Assembly (NCBI GenBank): GCA_025201805.1
Contig: MU619250.1
Span: 210,425-274,424, forward strand
Origin: Parasitella parasitica NRRL 2501
Lineage: Eukaryota > Fungi > Mucoromycota
Direction of reading: 5' to 3'
Length of the DNA: 64,000 nt
Both the position numbers and the translations under genes were made by a program. This document shows, one piece after another, positions 62,567 through 64,000 of this stretch. Position 1 is the first letter of the stretch; each line of letters starts with the position of its first letter. Under the pieces are notes generated by a model, which saw nothing but the letters and a program-made list of their open reading frames with translations, made no database searches and was not told the DNA's origin.

Positions 62567-63999
62567 TTAGACAGTATCACACCATCCGTTCACTGGTAAA
62601 CATGATAGATATTTACAATTGGGACAGATGGTAGACAAATCAGAAGAGGTATAAAAGATACGCAAGAACACAACGTAGAGTATGATGATGACAACAAGGG
62701 CAGCGATTCTCGTAATCCAGGCAAATATGATGGTACGGCGGGATGCAGCTCTTCGATTAGGTGCAAGTAAGGCACCAAGCAATAATCCCATAATTAACCC
62801 ACCAATGTGAGCAAAATTATCAAGACCAGGCAGCAATCCCAATACTAAAGAGATGATGATGACAAATAATAACTTTACAAGTTCTCGGCCTGGGTTACGG
62901 ATATCTCTCCATTGAACAAGTAGTTCGATCACTGTGTAACCGATAATACCAAACAATGCACCTGAACATCCCATAGAAGCTGTTTCAAAGGGTCATTAGT
63001 AAAAATGGGCCGTTATAAATATATTTATATATATCGATCCATCACACTTACAAACAAGAGGTCCAGCAAGCACAGCGCTAAGGATAAAGCCCCAAATCCC
63101 CGAAACAATGTACAGAATAGCGTAGCGAATGACACCCAAAGAACGCTCAATCTCGCTGCCTGTCGAAAAATGTGTAACCAGATTCAAAAGAATATGAACG
63201 AAACCAGCATGAAGAAAGATGGGCGTAAAAAACCTAAATCCTTGACTGGGCGGTTGCCCATTGAAACCCCCAAATCCACAGACTTGCTCAATTGTACAGG
63301 TTGATTCCAGCGATCGATAGCAATTTCCCAATGTAAAACTGGCTGGGTACTGAGCAATGTCTCGCATACAAGGCACAAACTTGCTTCCCATGTTAATCAA
63401 TGCCTATGAAACTTACTATGTCAGATAATTTGTGTATGGGTGTCTCTACTTAAATTGCTAATTACCATGTAATTGGGCCCAATCATGGGATTAAATGGGT
63501 TGGTCTGGATGACACTGCCTGAGAGTGTGTTGTTCCTGATGAGTTCATATACAAAGACTCCAATCATAATCACACCAGTTACCCAAGTGAATATTGCAAA
63601 TCTGGATCCTCCGCCAAACAAGTGTTTGTATACTGTCCCTCTTTGTTTGTGTGGCATTGGCTGAGGAAAACCACGGTTGCTATTTCCAGCTTCCAAGTTG
63701 CTGTAGTCTTTCGCCTGCTGATATCCTTTTAGCTTACCCATGAAAATATCAACTCGACTTTGATCTACTGCTTGTGGTGTTGGTGTTGACGGTGGTCCAT
63801 TCATACTGTAATCAGATGATAAGTTGTTGCTATCGTTTTGATTTCTTGTTTCGTAAAGCTGTATCTCTTCTGGCTGTTCACTTGGTGGGACAAAGCCTTT
63901 GCTTAGCAGGGCCCCTGTGGCTGGGGGAGTGTTTGATGCGTTATTGTATTGATCCTCTGCACTAAATGTTGGTCCGTACACCTCTGTTTTATCATGACT
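62567..63999 (-). CDS. Secretory-pathway rhomboid protease, 5' end outside the window. Exons >63999-63466, 63403-63052, 62979-62567
   Basis: NPMIGP, GSKFVPCM, FRFFTPIFLHAGFVHILLN, catalytic MGCSGALFG, DNFAHIGG and a Cys-rich tail CPNCKYLSCLP. Confidence 0.92.
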
Positions 64000-64000
64000 G

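Overview
AT-rich, intron-dense eukaryotic DNA from an early-diverging fungus, most likely Mucorales (short GT-AG introns, mostly about 50-75 nt, many AAG acceptors). I spliced 25 protein-coding genes by hand: SUA5, ERV46, enolase, a Zn2Cys6 transcription factor, PRO1, a Treslin/Sld3-like protein, a NIPA Mg transporter, an ADF-H+PH protein, a CLIP-170-like protein, a PNRC/Edc1-like decapping coactivator, RPS3, an orphan with LIR-like motifs, ETF-alpha, two tandem P450s, a FAAP100-like protein, a 66-aa membrane microprotein, a YdcZ/DUF606 DMT transporter, a GPI-type Cys-rich protein, PRL phosphatase, a Dal5-type MFS permease, two rhomboids and dynactin p27. No convincing tRNA, rRNA, CRISPR array or intact transposon was seen. 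There is one 25-N gap. Main points of interest: (1) two apparently animal-type genome-maintenance proteins not identifiable from single ORF-track entries, a Treslin/TICRR-like protein with the N-terminal CIT/vWA domain that yeast Sld3 lacks and a Fanconi-anaemia core FAAP100-like protein; (2) a 3-nt exon encoding one conserved Phe in RPS3, preceded by an intronic double hairpin; (3) further 6-19-nt micro-exons in conserved motifs; (4) a PRL phosphatase with candidate uORFs. All homology calls come from motif recognition and remembered reference sequences, not from database searches.
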